A stretch of 64,000 nucleotides of DNA from Candidatus Eremiobacteria bacterium (GTDB lineage: Bacteria; Vulcanimicrobiota; Vulcanimicrobiia; Vulcanimicrobiales; Vulcanimicrobiaceae): NCBI GenBank assembly GCA_963737065.1, contig CAVTRC010000001.1:1856001-1920000 (forward strand), read 5' to 3'. The position numbers were made by a program, and so were the translations under genes. The notes under the pieces were generated by a model. It was not told the origin of the DNA and searched no databases. It saw only the letters and a program-made list of their open reading frames with translations. How positions within the stretch are numbered: position 1 is the stretch's first letter; each line of letters starts with the position of its first letter. Below are positions 52,850 to 63,361 of the stretch, one piece after another.

Positions 52850-54176
52850 ATGGCACAGGATCCAAGCGATCCGCACGCGAGCAGCCGGGTCGTACCGGTG
52901 TGGCGGATCCGGGACTTCCATGACGACGACCTCGATGGTGCAATTCGCCTGCTGGAAGAATCGCGTGATACCGACGCGCAGCCGGTCGTTTCGTTGGACG
53001 AGGTCGTGGTTGCCGTCCGCAGCGGTCAGCCCGCGCTCGTTGCGCGGGTTGGACGCGATCTCGTAGCAACGGTCGTTAGTAGCGGTCACCGGTGAGCGCG
53101 CGTGGATACTGCGGCTTGCGATCGATCCAGGATGGCGAAAGCGCGGCCTTGGCAGCGCGCTTCTCACGCATTTGGAGCGCCGCTTGGTGAGTCTCGGCGT
53201 GCGGCGGTTCTACGCGCTGCTACCGCAAGGCGAAGTCGGAACCTCCGCGTTTACCAACTGCGGATTCGTCGCGCGAAACAGCGTCGTGTTATTCGAACGC
53301 ACTGCACCGCTCGCGCCCGCCGAGGTCAGCATCTTAGAGCGGCTCGGCGGGCAGATTTTTCCTCGCGGCGGATGGACCGACGTGGCCGGAATGGATCGTG
53401 AGAAGCAGCTTATCGAAAGCCGCGTTGTGCTTCCGCTGGAACGGACGAGAGACGCCGACCGCTTCGGCGTGCATCCGCCGCGGGCGATCGTCTTGTTCGG
53501 TCCGCCCGGGACTGGAAAGACGACGTTTGCGAAAGCAATCGCGTCGCGATTAGGCTGGCCGTTCGTCGAGATTTTCCCGTCGCGCCTCGCAGCAGACTCC
53601 GCTCTCGGTCTTGCCGCAGCATTGCGTGACACGTTTGCGCAGTTAGAGACGCTCGATCGCGTCGTTCTCTTTATCGACGAAGTCGAAGAGATCGCGCCGG
53701 CACGCGACGGACAAGTATTTTCGCCGGTGCACGCGGTGACGAACGAATTGCTCAAACTTTTGCCGGTCTTCCGCGAGCGGGATCAGCGACTGATGGTATG
53801 TGCCACAAACTCCGTACGTTCGCTCGACGCCGCGTTTTTGCGCCCGGGACGCTTCGACTACGTATTGCCGATCGGCCCACCCGACGCGGTTGCGCGTAAC
53901 ACCATGTGGCGCCGCTTTATCCCGGCCGCCGCGGCGAGCGTCGACATCGATGCCATGGTCGCCGCAAGCGAACTGTTCACGCCGGCCGATATTGCGTTTG
54001 CCGCACGAAAGGCGGCGCACGCGGCGTTTGAACGATATGTCAACGACGCCGGTGCGCCGGATTCGACGGTAACGACTGAAGACTATTTGGAAGCGATCAG
54101 GATGACGCGCCCAACGTTGACCTCAACGATGGTCGAGGCGTTTAACGCGGATATTGAAAGCTTCGCGCGTCTATAG
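52850..54176 (+). CDS. GNAT acetyltransferase - AAA+ ATPase fusion, frameshift near 53080
   Basis: WRIRDFHDDDLD; AWILRLAIDPGWRKRGLGSALL (GNAT motif A); GPPGTGKT, LFIDEVEE and FLRPGRFD. Confidence 0.85.
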
Positions 54177-54200
54177 TGTGCGCCCGATAGCGATTGTCGG

Positions 54201-54558
54201 TTACGGATTACCTGTTGACTGAGTATCGGAGCTCAGCGGACTGTCCGAATCTTTGTCGCCGCCAGCGTGCATCACTCGGATGTCGCCTCCATACCGTTCA
54301 AGAATCGCCAAAATCTCCGTTCCGTGTGCGGGATCCTGAACGGTTAAGACCGAGCCCTCGTTGTACGGACCCGAGTCCGAACCGATAAGCTTGTTGAGTG
54401 CGTCCATCGTGTCTTCTTTACCGGTCTCTAAAGTTTGAAGGACGATGGCGGAGTTCGGCACTCCAGCGTTCAGCAATTCCTGCTGCGCGTTCTTTTGCGT
54501 TGTCGTCGTTCTTAAAATACGCGGTGAGCCGACCCGAAATGTAACTCGTAGAATCCAT
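54201..54558 (-). CDS. Hypothetical protein, frameshift near 54493
   Basis: MDSTSYISGRLTAYFKNDDNAK joins NAQQELLNAGVP...ILERYGGDI across frames. Confidence 0.55.
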
Positions 54559-54662
54559 TGCGTGGCCTCCAAATCGTGTGATGTGCTCGTTTCCGAACCG
54601 AACTAACCTAAAACGTGATTGGTCCCCTCGGGCGCAACCGATAGCACGGTTGGAATTGACGG

Positions 54663-56425
54663 CTACCAGCCCACCGCTTCGCCATCCTTGCCGAAGTCCG
54701 ATCCTGCCGCATATGCACCGTCGGGAAGGACCATGATCGCTTGATATCCGCCGAGCGGCGCGCGCGTGACGCGCTTCACATGGTGCCCCATCGCGCTCGA
54801 GCTTTTCGCCCAGCAGATCGTAAAGCGGGGACTCGAGCATGAGCGTGTTCGAGACTTGGTCGTGACGGAAGCGCGCGATGTCGCCCGCCTCTTGTACGTT
54901 AGCGTGAAGATCGATCAGATCGACGAGCACCTGTTCGTGGCCCTGCGCCTGCATATCGCCGCCCATCAAACCGATCGTTGCGTACGGTTTGCCGTCGCGC
55001 ATGACGAACCCCGCGCATAGCGTGTTGAACGGACGCTTGTGCGGCGCAATGACGTTCGGACTCTTTGGATCCAGCGTGAAGAGACCTCCGCGATTGTGCA
55101 AGATGAATCCGTATTGCGGTACCGTAATGCCCGAGCCGAAACCGTCGTAGTTGCTGTTGACGAATGAGACCATGTTGCCGAAGCCGTCGGCGGTCGAGAG
55201 CACGATGGTGTCACCCGCACCGCCCGGCTCACCGCGCGGTTGCGTATCGGATGCGTGTGCCGGGTCGATCTTCGCGCATTGCGTTGCAGCGTAACCGTTC
55301 GAAAGCGAGGCGCGCGAGCGGAACGCGTTCACGGTCCGGGTCCGCGTTATACCGGTAGAGATCCGCATACGCAAGCTTTTTTGCTTCGACGAGCAGATGC
55401 CAATACAACGGATTGGCGGGGCCGAGTGACGCGAGGCTTCCGCCCGACGCGAGTTTCGGAACGCATTGCGCGAGGATATTGAGCGATTCGTTGGTCGCGA
55501 ATCCCTGCGAAGGCGGTGGCAGCTCCAGCACCTCGTATCCATGGTAGCTGGTGCGGACGGGATCGCGCCAAACGCCGTGATACGCTGCGAGATCGGCGAG
55601 CGTCATCGTACCGCCGAGCGCGCGCGATTTTGCTACGATCGCGCGTGCAATCTCGCCGGTATAAAACGCATTCCTTCCGCCTTCGCCGAGCAGCGTGAGC
55701 GCGCGAGCGAGCCGCGGATTGCGAAAGATCTGGCCCTCGCGCGGCGGCTTTCCGTCGATATACCACGTTGCGACGGAATCCGGATCGAGCGCTGTACAAC
55801 AACCGCGAAGCGGAAGTGCATTGGGGAGAATCCAGTCGTGCGCGATCCGTTCGGAAACAGGGAAACCGTTTGCGGCATAATCCACTGCGGGCGCGAGCAC
55901 GCGTGAGAGCGGCATCGTTCCATAGCGGCGCACGAGCTCGTCCCACCCCCATGCTGCGCCCGGAACCGTAACTTCCGTAATGCCGCCCGACGGCATGCCC
56001 GATCCCGGTCCAAAGTTTTTCGGATCGTACCGATAGCCGAGCGCGTTCATGTGCGCGAGTGTCTCGCCGCTCGGTGCAATACCGCTCGCGTCCAGCACGT
56101 GAACCGCGTGTTCTTTCGCGATGTACACGATTGCGAAAAGATCGCCGCCGAATCCGACGTTCATCGGTTCGGTTACATTGAGCGTTGCAGCGGTCGCGAC
56201 GGCGGCATCGATCGCGTTGCCGCCTTGCATCAAGATACGCAAACCCGCTTGCGCCGCTAGCGGTTGGCTCGTTGTCACGATGCCGTTGCGCGCCATGACC
56301 GGCGAACGGCTTTGCGGGAGCCAACCCTCCGCGCGATCGCCGCGCACGGCATCGTTGGCCGCGGCGGTGAGCGCAAAAATCGCAGCAATTGCGGCCGCGA
56401 TGTGAATGCGTGCGGTCATGCGCAA
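54663..56425 (-). CDS. ggt: Gamma-glutamyltransferase family protein, several frameshifts
   Basis: GGNAIDAAVA, TVPG, LPPPSQG, DTIVLSTADGFGN, KRPFNTL, GLMGGDMQAQGH and GSDFGKDGEAVGW*. Confidence 0.88.
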
Positions 56426-56480
56426 TTATAGCGCGGATGCCGCCGGTGAAATAACGAGCAATCGCCCGGCTTGAAATCCT

Positions 56481-58725
56481 CTATACCGCTGTATGCATTG
56501 TCGGCCGCGCAGTAGGCCGCGCGGCCGGCTTTTCTTCGGCAGGCCGAGACTCGGGTTTCGCGGCGGGATGCTCCGGCGCAACTGGCGCAGCTTTCGGCGG
56601 AGCTTCGTGCACGGCGGGTTTCGGCGGCGCAGCTTCGTGCACGGCGGGTTTCGGCGGCGCAGCTTCGTGCACGACGGGTTTCGGCGGCGCCGCTTCGTGC
56701 ACGATGGGTTTCGGCGGCGCAGCTTCATGCACGACGGGTTTCGGCGGCGCAGCTTCATGCACAACGGGCTTCGGCGGAGCAGCTTCGTGCACGACGGGTT
56801 TCGGCGGAGCAGCTTCGTGCACGACGGGTTTCGGCGGAGCAGCTTCGTGCACGACGGGTTTCGGCGGAGCAGCTTCGTGCACGACCGGTTTCGTTGCCGT
56901 CGCGGGGTGCGATTCATGCTTTGGTTCTGCGACGGGTGCGGCATGTTTCACCGGCGCCGCAACGTGTTTACAGGCGCGGCTTCATGCACGACCGGTTTTG
57001 TTGCCGTCGCCGGGTGCGATTCATGCTTCGGTTCTGCGACGGGCGCTGCATGTTTCACGGGCGCCGCTTCGTGTTTCACCGGCGCTTCGTGTTTCACGGG
57101 TGCTTCATGTTTTACTGTAGTGGTGGGTGATACGGGTTTCATCGTCGCGACATGGACTTGCGCGTGCTTGACCGGATGGTACACGGGGTGCGAGGCGACG
57201 CGGCGTTGCGGCGGCGGAACGACTTTCGGCTTCGCGATCGCAATTTCTTTGAGTCGCGCTTGCTGTTGCGCGAACGACGCATGTACCGGCGGCGCTTTCG
57301 CGGTAAAGCGCGCGGCGGTGAACGTGTGCACTAACGAAACGGGATGGCTCACGACGCGCGTTCTGGAGTAGTGCAAGTTCGCCGTTGTGGGAACCACCGG
57401 AACGCAGCCGCGAATCAAGTATACGCGGTGGAGCTGCGCCGCACGGATCGATCTGTAGCGTGAGTAGTTGCCGGCGCGCCACGCGTTTACCGGAATCACC
57501 GTCATTCCGCCCGGGTAACGCGCGTTCGTGTAGTAATTGTAGATGTTCGTAACGGTTGGAACGGTGCTCAGTTCCGTCTGCGGATAGGTATAGTTCGGGC
57601 CGTACCACGGTTGATATTGCTCGCCCGGCGCAAGCGGAATCCATCCGATCTGCGTATTGTCTGCATACGGGCCGCTAAGACCGCCGAATCCGTTGAGCAG
57701 CCCTCCGAGGTCGACGCCCGAGCCGCCGCCTAAGAAGAACGAAACGACGGCCGGCAACCACGCCGAAGCGAGCGCGTTCGACGATGTTTGATCTTCGTAG
57801 CCCGGCGGCTGCCATAACCATCCGCCGTAGCTCGCATTGTTGAACCACGTTCCGTAATGCGTTACGGGATAACCGTACGGGGCATTGTCGACCCACGTGT
57901 AACCGGAACCCGGTTCCCACACCCACTGGCCGTTCTGATACGGCGCGAAATTGTTTTGCATTTGGTTGTTCGGCGCCCACGCCCACCCGTATCCGGGAAC
58001 GTCCTGCCACGCTCCGTAATTCGAAAGGTTCGTGTAGCCGGCAAGCTGCGGCGCAAGATACGGATTCGCGTTGTATGCCGATGCAAGTGCCTGATCGCGC
58101 GACATATTGAATTGATCGAAGGAATCGAACGCAATCGCCCCCCGTGCGGAGATGGATGGATTCGAATACGGACCGTACGCGACGAGCGTCGTTCCCGGTG
58201 TGAGCGTTTGCGAACCGTTACCCGTGCTGACCGTTGCCGATCCACTGCGCACGGTGACCGCGGTCTGTCCATTGCCACTAACCGAAACACGGCAGTCGCC
58301 GCTCGTGTTCGGACGAACGGTGAGCGAAGGCGTGTCGATCTGTGCGCCGCCGTCCGTTCCTTGCAACTCCGCTAAGTCCACCGTTCCGGCGCCGAGTTGC
58401 GTTTCGCGCGAACCGGGATTGAGATTTACGAAACGAACCTGCGAATCGGACAGCCAGACGCAGCATCGACGTGCCGTCGAACTGCACTTCGGCGCTTGAT
58501 CCGCGGCCCCGTCGAAAGGTAGTCCCCGGCGACGACGGGCGCATTGATCGTCGCGCCGGCCTGCGTTCCGCTGTCGCCGCGCACGATGACGACATTGCCG
58601 TTCGCTACGCTGACGTCGGCAACGCCCGGATTGTAGTTCTGCGCGAGAGCCGCAGGGCTGTGAAGCATTGTGAGCGCCGCGGCGGCGGCCGCTGCGAGAG
58701 TTGCAAGTTGCTGGAATCGTTTCAT
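56481..58725 (-). CDS. Exported FecR/DUF6600-type protein with Pro/His-rich repetitive tail, frameshifts near 58490 and 56965
   Basis: Signal peptide; INAPVVAGDYLSTG; YGAWQDVPGYGWAWAP..PYQNGQWVW..GYTWV..THYGTW; GWIPLAPGE. Confidence 0.78.
56595..56891 (-). repeat. Ten tandem 30-bp coding repeats (KPVVHEAAPP)
   Basis: Unit TTTCGGCGG(C/A)GCAGCTTCGTGCACGACGGG on the + strand; the last unit is 27 bp. No spacers. Confidence 0.95.
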
Positions 58726-58874
58726 GGTATTCGCACCTCCGGGTTACAGCGGCGTTCGCCGCCACGGTCGACGCTTGAACGCATACCTTCCTGATGGTTC
58801 ACGTCCCCAAGCGTCATCACTCGTGAGTAGAACGAAACGAACCGCAGATAAATTCGCAGCAAGCGTGGCCCCGG

Positions 58875-60185
58875 ATGGAGAAGCACGCGCCGATGCAACG
58901 ACGCATGTCCGCGACGCTGAAGGCCTTCGAACGGCCGTTTTGGGTCGCGAACGTTAGCGAAATCTTCGAGCGCCTCTCGTACTACGCGGTGTTTTCGACG
59001 CTGGCGCTTTATCTGAATCAAACCCTCGGATTTCCGAGCGCGCAGGCCGCCGCGCTGAGCGGCATCTTCGGCGGCGCCGTTTGGGTGATGGCGATCTTCG
59101 GCGGCGCTCTTGCGGATCGTATCGGCTTCCGGCGCGCGCTTTCGTCCGCCTATTTTATCCTCACGTGCGCGTACTTCTTGGTCGGCTCGATCGGCGCGCC
59201 GTGGCTTGCGCCGGTTCGCGCGGTCGTTCCGCTGGCGTGGGTCGCCGGCATCATACTGTTCTTGCCGGCGCTCGGCGTTGCACTCGTGAAACCATCAGTC
59301 GTCGGTACGACCGCGCGTGCGTCGACCGAGAACGTTCGTTCCGTCGGATACGCGATTTATTATACGATGGTCAATATCGGAAGCACGCTCGGCCCGTTTT
59401 TGGCCGGGTGGCTGCACTCGCGATTCCCGGCGCAAGATGTGTTTTTGATCGCGGCATGCAGCGTATTTCTAATGTTCATCGTCGTGCTCGCATTCTTTCG
59501 CGAACCGCGAACCGGCGCGGCGACGTCTTCGAAATCACTTGCACGGACCGGCCGAGATTTCGTTACCGTCCTGCGCAATGGTCGTTTCGTGCTGTTTTTG
59601 TTGATTTTTTCCGGCTACTGGATCGTGTACTGGCAACAATATCTGATCTTACCGATTTATCTCAATCAGTACGTCGACAAACACGCGAATACGGCGCTCA
59701 TTCTCATTACGGATCCGTTGATCGTCATTACGCTCACGGTTGCCATCAACACCGTTACGCGAGCGATGCGCCCGTTCCAGGCGCTCGTCGTCGGAGCGCT
59801 GATCACGTCGGTTGCGTGGCTGTTGATTCCCGCTCACCCCAGCGTGTTGATGGCGGTGCTCAGCCTCGCGGTCGTTGCAATCGGCGAGATCATCCAATCG
59901 CCGCGATACTACGAGTACATTTCGCGCCTCGCGCCCGAAGGGCAGCAAGGCACCTACATGGGCTTTGCGTTTCTTCCCATCGGCATCGGCTCGCTCGTCG
60001 GCGGATGGTTCGGCGGTACGCTGCTCTCGCGTTTCGGCGAGGCGTCGCACCAGCCCGGTACGGTTTGGTTCGTCATAACGGCGGTGGGCCTGGTAACGAC
60101 GCTACTGTTGTGGTTGTACGACCGGTACGCCGTCCCGACGCGCGCGCCGCAAATATCGCCGGCGACCGAACGCGTTGTGCCGTAA
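58875..60185 (+). CDS. MFS transporter, POT/peptide-like
   Basis: EIFERLSYY, GGALADRIG, YYTMVNIGS and APEGQQGTYMG. Confidence 0.88.
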   Translation: MEKHAPMQRRMSATLKAFERPFWVANVSEIFERLSYYAVFSTLALYLNQTLGFPSAQAAALSGIFGGAVWVMAIFGGALADRIGFRRALSSAYFILTCAYFLVGSIGAPWLAPVRAVVPLAWVAGIILFLPALGVALVKPSVVGTTARASTENVRSVGYAIYYTMVNIGSTLGPFLAGWLHSRFPAQDVFLIAACSVFLMFIVVLAFFREPRTGAATSSKSLARTGRDFVTVLRNGRFVLFLLIFSGYWIVYWQQYLILPIYLNQYVDKHANTALILITDPLIVITLTVAINTVTRAMRPFQALVVGALITSVAWLLIPAHPSVLMAVLSLAVVAIGEIIQSPRYYEYISRLAPEGQQGTYMGFAFLPIGIGSLVGGWFGGTLLSRFGEASHQPGTVWFVITAVGLVTTLLLWLYDRYAVPTRAPQISPATERVVP

Positions 60186-60242
60186 CGCCGAATGTCTTTC
60201 AACGTCGTGTCAATCCGAACCGCCGTGCATGATTCTTTCGGC

Positions 60243-60297
60243 CGGTCCAGCCGCAGGCGTATATGCAATGGTGCTGTTTATACCTGCGGCTGGGCCG
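60243..60297. terminator. Long hairpin between convergent genes
   Basis: CGGTCCAGCCGCAGG...CCTGCGGCTGGGCCG 15-bp stem (one G-U), extendable by GTATA/TATAC. No U-tract. Confidence 0.55.
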
Positions 60298-60303
60298 TGA
60301 ACC

Positions 60304-60915
60304 TCAGCAACTGAGATAACCGTTGCGGTTGTTGATTGGGTTTCCTTGACAGCGGTTGACGTCGAGCGTCGAGTAAATCCGGTTGCCGTTAGGCGCGGTG
60401 CACGACGCCGAGAGCGTCGATCCGTTCATACGTGCATTCACGCAGCTTTGTTGATACGATCCGCCCGGCAGGCCGTATCCGTAGTTCCCGCCGTTGTAAC
60501 GCCCGTTGTTGTATCCGGACTGATCATTGCCGTTCCAGTGACGATGATGGTGGTGATCGTCGTTGTCGTTGTCATTGTCTCGATCGCGGTCACGTCCGTA
60601 TCCGTTGCCGTTGTTATAGCCGTTACCGTTGTTATAGCCGTTGTTGTAACCGTTGCCGTTGCAGTTCAGACGGCCGTTGATATTGGCAATGTCGCCGCGG
60701 CAGCCGTTCACGTTCAGTGACGAATAGATGCGCTGCCCGTTCGCTGCAGTGCACGACGCTGAGAGGGTGCCCCCGCGCATACGGAGATTGTTGCAGCTTT
60801 GTTGATACGAGCCGGGCGGCACGTTGTTATAGCCGTACTGCTGCGCGCTCGCCGTGACGATTGAGCCTGCGGCTAAGCCGATCGCAAGCGCGAGGCCGGT
60901 CATGGTTCGGTGCAT
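60304..60915 (-). CDS. Secreted protein with two cyanovirin-N-like (CVNH-type) repeats
   Basis: Signal peptide; two copies of [40 protein letters not shown]...NxNGxLxC. Confidence 0.75.
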   Translation of the reverse strand: MHRTMTGLALAIGLAAGSIVTASAQQYGYNNVPPGSYQQSCNNLRMRGGTLSASCTAANGQRIYSSLNVNGCRGDIANINGRLNCNGNGYNNGYNNGNGYNNGNGYGRDRDRDNDNDNDDHHHHRHWNGNDQSGYNNGRYNGGNYGYGLPGGSYQQSCVNARMNGSTLSASCTAPNGNRIYSTLDVNRCQGNPINNRNGYLSC

Positions 60916-61005
60916 TGCTCACCTCTGGGTAGAGTGCTGTTAGTTGCGAGGCTCCACATCCGAAACGAGGCTCACCATGCGAAAGTTCCCGTTCGCTCCA
61001 GCGTC

Positions 61006-62174
61006 TCAAACGCACCGGCGAACGAGATACGAACGGTCGAGTGCGGCGACGTCGTGGCAGCCTAGAAGCTTCATCGTGCGCACGATATCCGAGCGAAGAA
61101 TGTCGATTGCTTTCGCGACGCCTGCTTCGCCCGCTGCAGCAAGTCCGTATGCGTACGCGCGGCCGACGAATACAGCGCGCGCGCCGATGCAGAGCGCTTT
61201 CACGACGTCGCTGCCGCGCCGTATTCCGCCGTCCATCAACACGTCGATGCGATCGCCGACGGCAGCAATGACTTCCGGAAGCAGATGCAGCGTCGCCGGG
61301 AACGCCGTCGAGCTGGCGGCCGCCGTGATTCGAGACGACGATTGCATCCGCACCGCATTCCACTGCGCGGTGCGCATCATCCGATGATTGCACGCCCTTC
61401 ACGACGATCGGTCCGTTCCAGTTGGCCTTGATCCATTCGAGATCGTTCCAACTGCACGCTCGACTCTCCGAGCGCCGATGCCGCATCTTCATATGGCATC
61501 GGTCCGTTCTGAGCACGACGTTCGGGAAACGCATCATCCCGCCGTCGCGAAAGAAATCCAAAACCCAGCGAGGCCTCCTCAAGAGTTGCCCGCAGTACGG
61601 CAACATCGCAAACGGTTTTCCGGTGGACAATTGCTTTCGCACCATTGCGCACATCGCGTTCGCGCAAGCCGGCCACCGCCGTATCGATCGTTACGACGAG
61701 CGCTTCGAACCGCCGCGGCACGCGCGCGTGCGATCGCGGACGGCCGCAACGTCGCGTCCACCGACGAGATAGAGCTGATACCAAGCTGGTCCGCGCGTCG
61801 ACGCTTTGACGTCCTCCAGCGCGCAGCCGGAAAGCGTCGAGAGCACGTAGCCCGTTCCGGCTCTACCGGCGGCGCGCGCCGCGGCGCACTCGCCGCGCGG
61901 ATAAAACATCCGACTGCTTCCCAGCGGTGCGAGAATGAACGGCAGGTCGAACGTTCTGCCGAGCACCGTCGTACGCAGATTGCACGGCCGCATTTGCGAC
62001 GGCCGAGCGCGGACGAAATTGCATGTCTTCGAACGCTTGTACATTGCGGCGCATCGTGATTTCGGCGTCGGCGCCGCCGTCGATGTAATCGAAGACGACG
62101 CGCGGAAGACGGCGACGCGCGAGCGCTCGCAAATCGCCGATGATTACGGCATCGTCGAGGCGTCGAAGTGCCAT
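61006..62174 (-). CDS. FMN-dependent alpha-hydroxy acid oxidase/dehydrogenase (LldD-like), multiple frameshifts
   Basis: [42 protein letters not shown] and [14 protein letters not shown] spread across frames. Confidence 0.85.
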
Positions 62175-62229
62175 CGCACCGTCATTCGACGCGCATGGAC
62201 GTCGTCCGTCAATTGCGAAGAGGACAGAG

Positions 62230-62496
62230 ATGAAAAGGCCGCACGATATCGGCGGATCGCAGGATTCGGCTCGATCGAGCGCCAGCCGGGCGATGAAGCG
62301 CCATTTCATCACGAATGGGAGGCGCGCGTCTTCGCGCTCAACCGCTTCTTTTTGAAACGCGGGACGTACACGCTCGACGAGTTTCGGACGCGATCGAGCG
62401 CATGGATCCACAGCAGTACCGCGCGGCATCGTATTACGAACGATGGCTGACCGCGATCGAAACGCTGCTCGCGGAAAAGGGCGTATGTACGGTGAC
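62230..62496 (+). CDS. Nitrile hydratase beta N-terminal-like subunit (ScnB-like), frameshifted
   Basis: HDIGG, FHHEWEARVFAL, DEFR, IERMDPQQY and YYERWLTAIETLLAEKG. Confidence 0.78.
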
Positions 62497-62765
62497 GTTT
62501 TCGGCCGGCACGCGCGTCCGGACGCGCGAGCAGCGGACGCGATGGCGGGCATACGCGTCTACCGCATTACCTGGAAAACGCGCATGGTGTCGTCGTGAGC
62601 TCTTAGGATCGTTCCCGCTACCCGACGATATCGCCGCGCGTAGCCGCAGCCGCGCATAAGCGCGCTGTATACCGTGGCATTTCGTTCATCATCGATCTTT
62701 CCCGGTGACGAGCGGGGACGATTTGCGCCGATCTGTTCGAAGAGTATCTGGAGGCGGAATCATGA
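62493..62765 (+). CDS. Nitrile hydratase beta C-terminal SH3-like subunit/domain (ScnA-like), frameshifted
   Basis: FSAGTRVR, GHTRLPHYL...GVV, FPLPD, LYTVAF and ADLFEEYLE. Confidence 0.72.
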
Positions 62766-63361
62766 GCGTTCATGAGCACGATCACGAGCGAAGTGCAGCC
62801 GTATCGAAGCGAGTGAAATCGCTCGTCGCGAGCCTCGAGCGCGAAGGAATTACCACCGAAGCGGAACTCGATAATCTCGTCGAATTCTTTCTATCATCCG
62901 CGCATCCCGGAAAACGGCTACGCGATCGTCGCGCGCGCTTGGACGGACCGCGAGTTCAAAGCGCGCTTACTGGACGATGCGAACGCGGCAATTCGCTCGA
63001 TGGGTATCGATCTCACCCAGTGGGCGGACGTAAACTGCGCGTCGTCGAAAACACCGGCGAGAATCACAATCTCATCGTTTGCACGTTGTGTTCGTGTTAT
63101 CCGATCGCGTTGCTCGGTCCATCGCCCGGCTGGTACAAGAGTTTGGAGTATCGCGCGCGCGCCGTACGCGAACCGCGCAAGGTGCTCGAAGAGTTCGGAT
63201 TGACGTTGCCGGCGCAGACGCGGATCACCGTTTGGGATAGCACGGCCGAAGCGCGGTACATGGTCTTGCCGATGCGGCCGGCGGGAACGGAAGCGTACGG
63301 CGAACGCGAACTCGCTGCGCTCGTAACGCGCAACGGCTTGATCGGAACCGCGGCGCTGTAG
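62762..63361 (+). CDS. Cobalt-type nitrile hydratase alpha-family subunit, compensating frameshifts at about 62910-63030
   Basis: IVARAWTDREFKARLL in an alternate frame; VCTLCSCYP metal site; WYKS..YRARAVREPR; DSTAEARYMVLPMRP. Confidence 0.88.
   Translation: MSVHEHDHERSAAVSKRVKSLVASLEREGITTEAELDNLVEFFLSSAHPGKRLRDRRARLDGPRVQSALTGRCERGNSLDGYRSHPVGGRKLRVVENTGENHNLIVCTLCSCYPIALLGPSPGWYKSLEYRARAVREPRKVLEEFGLTLPAQTRITVWDSTAEARYMVLPMRPAGTEAYGERELAALVTRNGLIGTAAL

Noticed and set aside
56595..56891. 30-bp periodic array as a possible CRISPR
   Set aside because: Units are directly adjacent with no unique spacers, vary mainly at codon positions and encode KPVVHEAAPP. No cas genes are present.
61006..63100. 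Programmed frameshifting or real pseudogenes in lldD and NHase genes
   Set aside because: No consistent slippery sites, and indels affect unrelated neighbouring genes alike; sequencing error is simpler.
62918..63360. ABC-F ORF extending 440 bp antisense into the nitrile hydratase alpha gene
   Set aside because: The extension is not protein-like and lies in an indel-rich area; probably a lost stop codon.
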